Shown here piece by piece: positions 19,209 to 20,155 of a stretch of 20,155 nt of DNA. The DNA is from Candidatus Eiseniibacteriota bacterium (GTDB lineage Bacteria > Eisenbacteria > RBG-16-71-46 > DASYSL01). Location of the stretch: positions 1 through 20,155 of the forward strand of contig JANPEF010000029.1 in the NCBI GenBank assembly GCA_031431875.1. The letters are read 5' to 3'. The number at the start of each line of letters is the position of its first letter. The first letter of the stretch is position 1. The notes under the pieces were generated by a model that was not told where the DNA came from, did not search any database, and saw only the letters and a program-made list of their open reading frames with translations. The position numbers were made by a program, and so were the translations under genes.

Positions 19209-19949
19209 ATGCAAAGCAAAGTGACTGAGATCGCGGCAGATACCTATCGGATCTCCACGTTTCATCCTGAATATGGGATTCAGTTCAACCAATTCCTCAT
19301 CAAGGATGAGGAGCCGTTCCTGATGCATACCGGATTCAAGAGCATGTTTCCAGCAACGCTTGATGGATTGAGTTCGATCATCGATCCCGCCAAGCTGCGC
19401 TGGATCGGATTCAGCCACTTTGAATCCGATGAGTGCGGCGCGTTGAACGAGTTGCTTGCAGTTGCTCCGCACTCGCAGGCGGTTTGCGGTGTGGTTGGCG
19501 CGATGGTCATGATCAACGACTTCGCAGACCGCGCACCGCGGCCGCTGGCCGACAATGAAGTCCTGCAGACTGGAAAGCATCGGCTGCAATTCCTCGCCAC
19601 GCCGCATGTGCCGCACTGCTGGGATGCCGGCCTGTTCTTCGACGAGACCGAACAGACCCTGCTTTGCTCGGATCTCTTCTTTCAGCCGGGCGATCCCGAG
19701 CCGCTGACCGAGTCCGACATCGTCGGGCGGGCGAGAGATTCAATCCAGGACAGCCTCACGGGGCCCCTGGCGAAGGACATGCCCTACACCCCGTACACGG
19801 AAAGCACCCTGCATCGGCTTGCCGACTTGAAGCCAAAGAGCCTGGCGATCATGCACGGCTCCTCGTTCCGTGGCGACGGCGGGAGAGCCATCAACGACCT
19901 GGCGGTAGTGATCAAGGCTCTCCTGGGTGAACCCGGGAGCGGGTCCTGA
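19209..19949 (+). CDS. Stand-alone FprA/ODP-like MBL-fold (di-iron) protein
   Basis: AGGAGG at 19197-19202 before ATG 19209. Motifs [37 protein letters not shown]. No flavodoxin domain. Confidence 0.88.
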   Translation: MQSKVTEIAADTYRISTFHPEYGIQFNQFLIKDEEPFLMHTGFKSMFPATLDGLSSIIDPAKLRWIGFSHFESDECGALNELLAVAPHSQAVCGVVGAMVMINDFADRAPRPLADNEVLQTGKHRLQFLATPHVPHCWDAGLFFDETEQTLLCSDLFFQPGDPEPLTESDIVGRARDSIQDSLTGPLAKDMPYTPYTESTLHRLADLKPKSLAIMHGSSFRGDGGRAINDLAVVIKALLGEPGSGS

Positions 19950-20155
19950 ACCTTGGGAACTGCGACCTTCGAGGTCCGTCTTCCCATCCGACGCTTCGGG
20001 GGACGCGCCAGGGAACTCCTCGCCACCGAGACTTCGATCTCACAGGAAGAGAGCACAGGATCGCCCGGACGAGAGTATGCTCGTCGACGCCGGCCGCATC
20101 GTATTGAAGGCCCGGTTTGACCTCGGATTCCTTCGGTGGTTCAGCCGCTCCCACC

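Noticed and set aside
19950..20155. Gene or recombinase tail at the right edge
   Set aside because: No recognisable motif or att core appears before the window ends.

Overview
High-GC bacterial DNA. The FlgD-Ig/T9SS-like C-termini and a C-terminal SWGxLKxxYR motif suggest an FCB-adjacent lineage such as Eisenbacteria, Krumholzibacteriota or Latescibacterota (inference). There are nine plausible CDSs: four large secreted proteins ending in a FlgD-Ig-type domain (a 5'-truncated CARDB-like repeat protein, a ComEC-type MBL hydrolase, a 14-repeat beta-propeller, a 14-repeat FG-GAP protein), a Cys-rich secreted protein, a Lys/Ala-rich histone-H1-like protein, two membrane Ser/Thr kinases and an FprA/ODP-like MBL protein. 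The main unexplained signal is intergenic. Five co-oriented sites of the form GTTCG-N15(or N10)-GGGGA(G/C)CCA, centred at about 6890, 9994, 13199, 16318 and 19121, recur every 2.8-3.2 kb, with exactly one cargo gene between neighbours. Their geometry fits large serine recombinase (LSR) att sites aimed at the 3' end of tRNA-Asn. One is a 54-bp inverted-repeat attP-like site. Another is a hybrid whose left half has tRNA 3'-end geometry, with the GTTCG motif 5 bp closer to the centre. A decayed LSR zinc-ribbon fragment and LSR-tail-like remnants lie on the minus strand. This reads as an integron-like array of single-gene cassettes built by a serine recombinase, or as strongly reduced tandem tRNA islands. 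No intact recombinase or tRNA is in the window.
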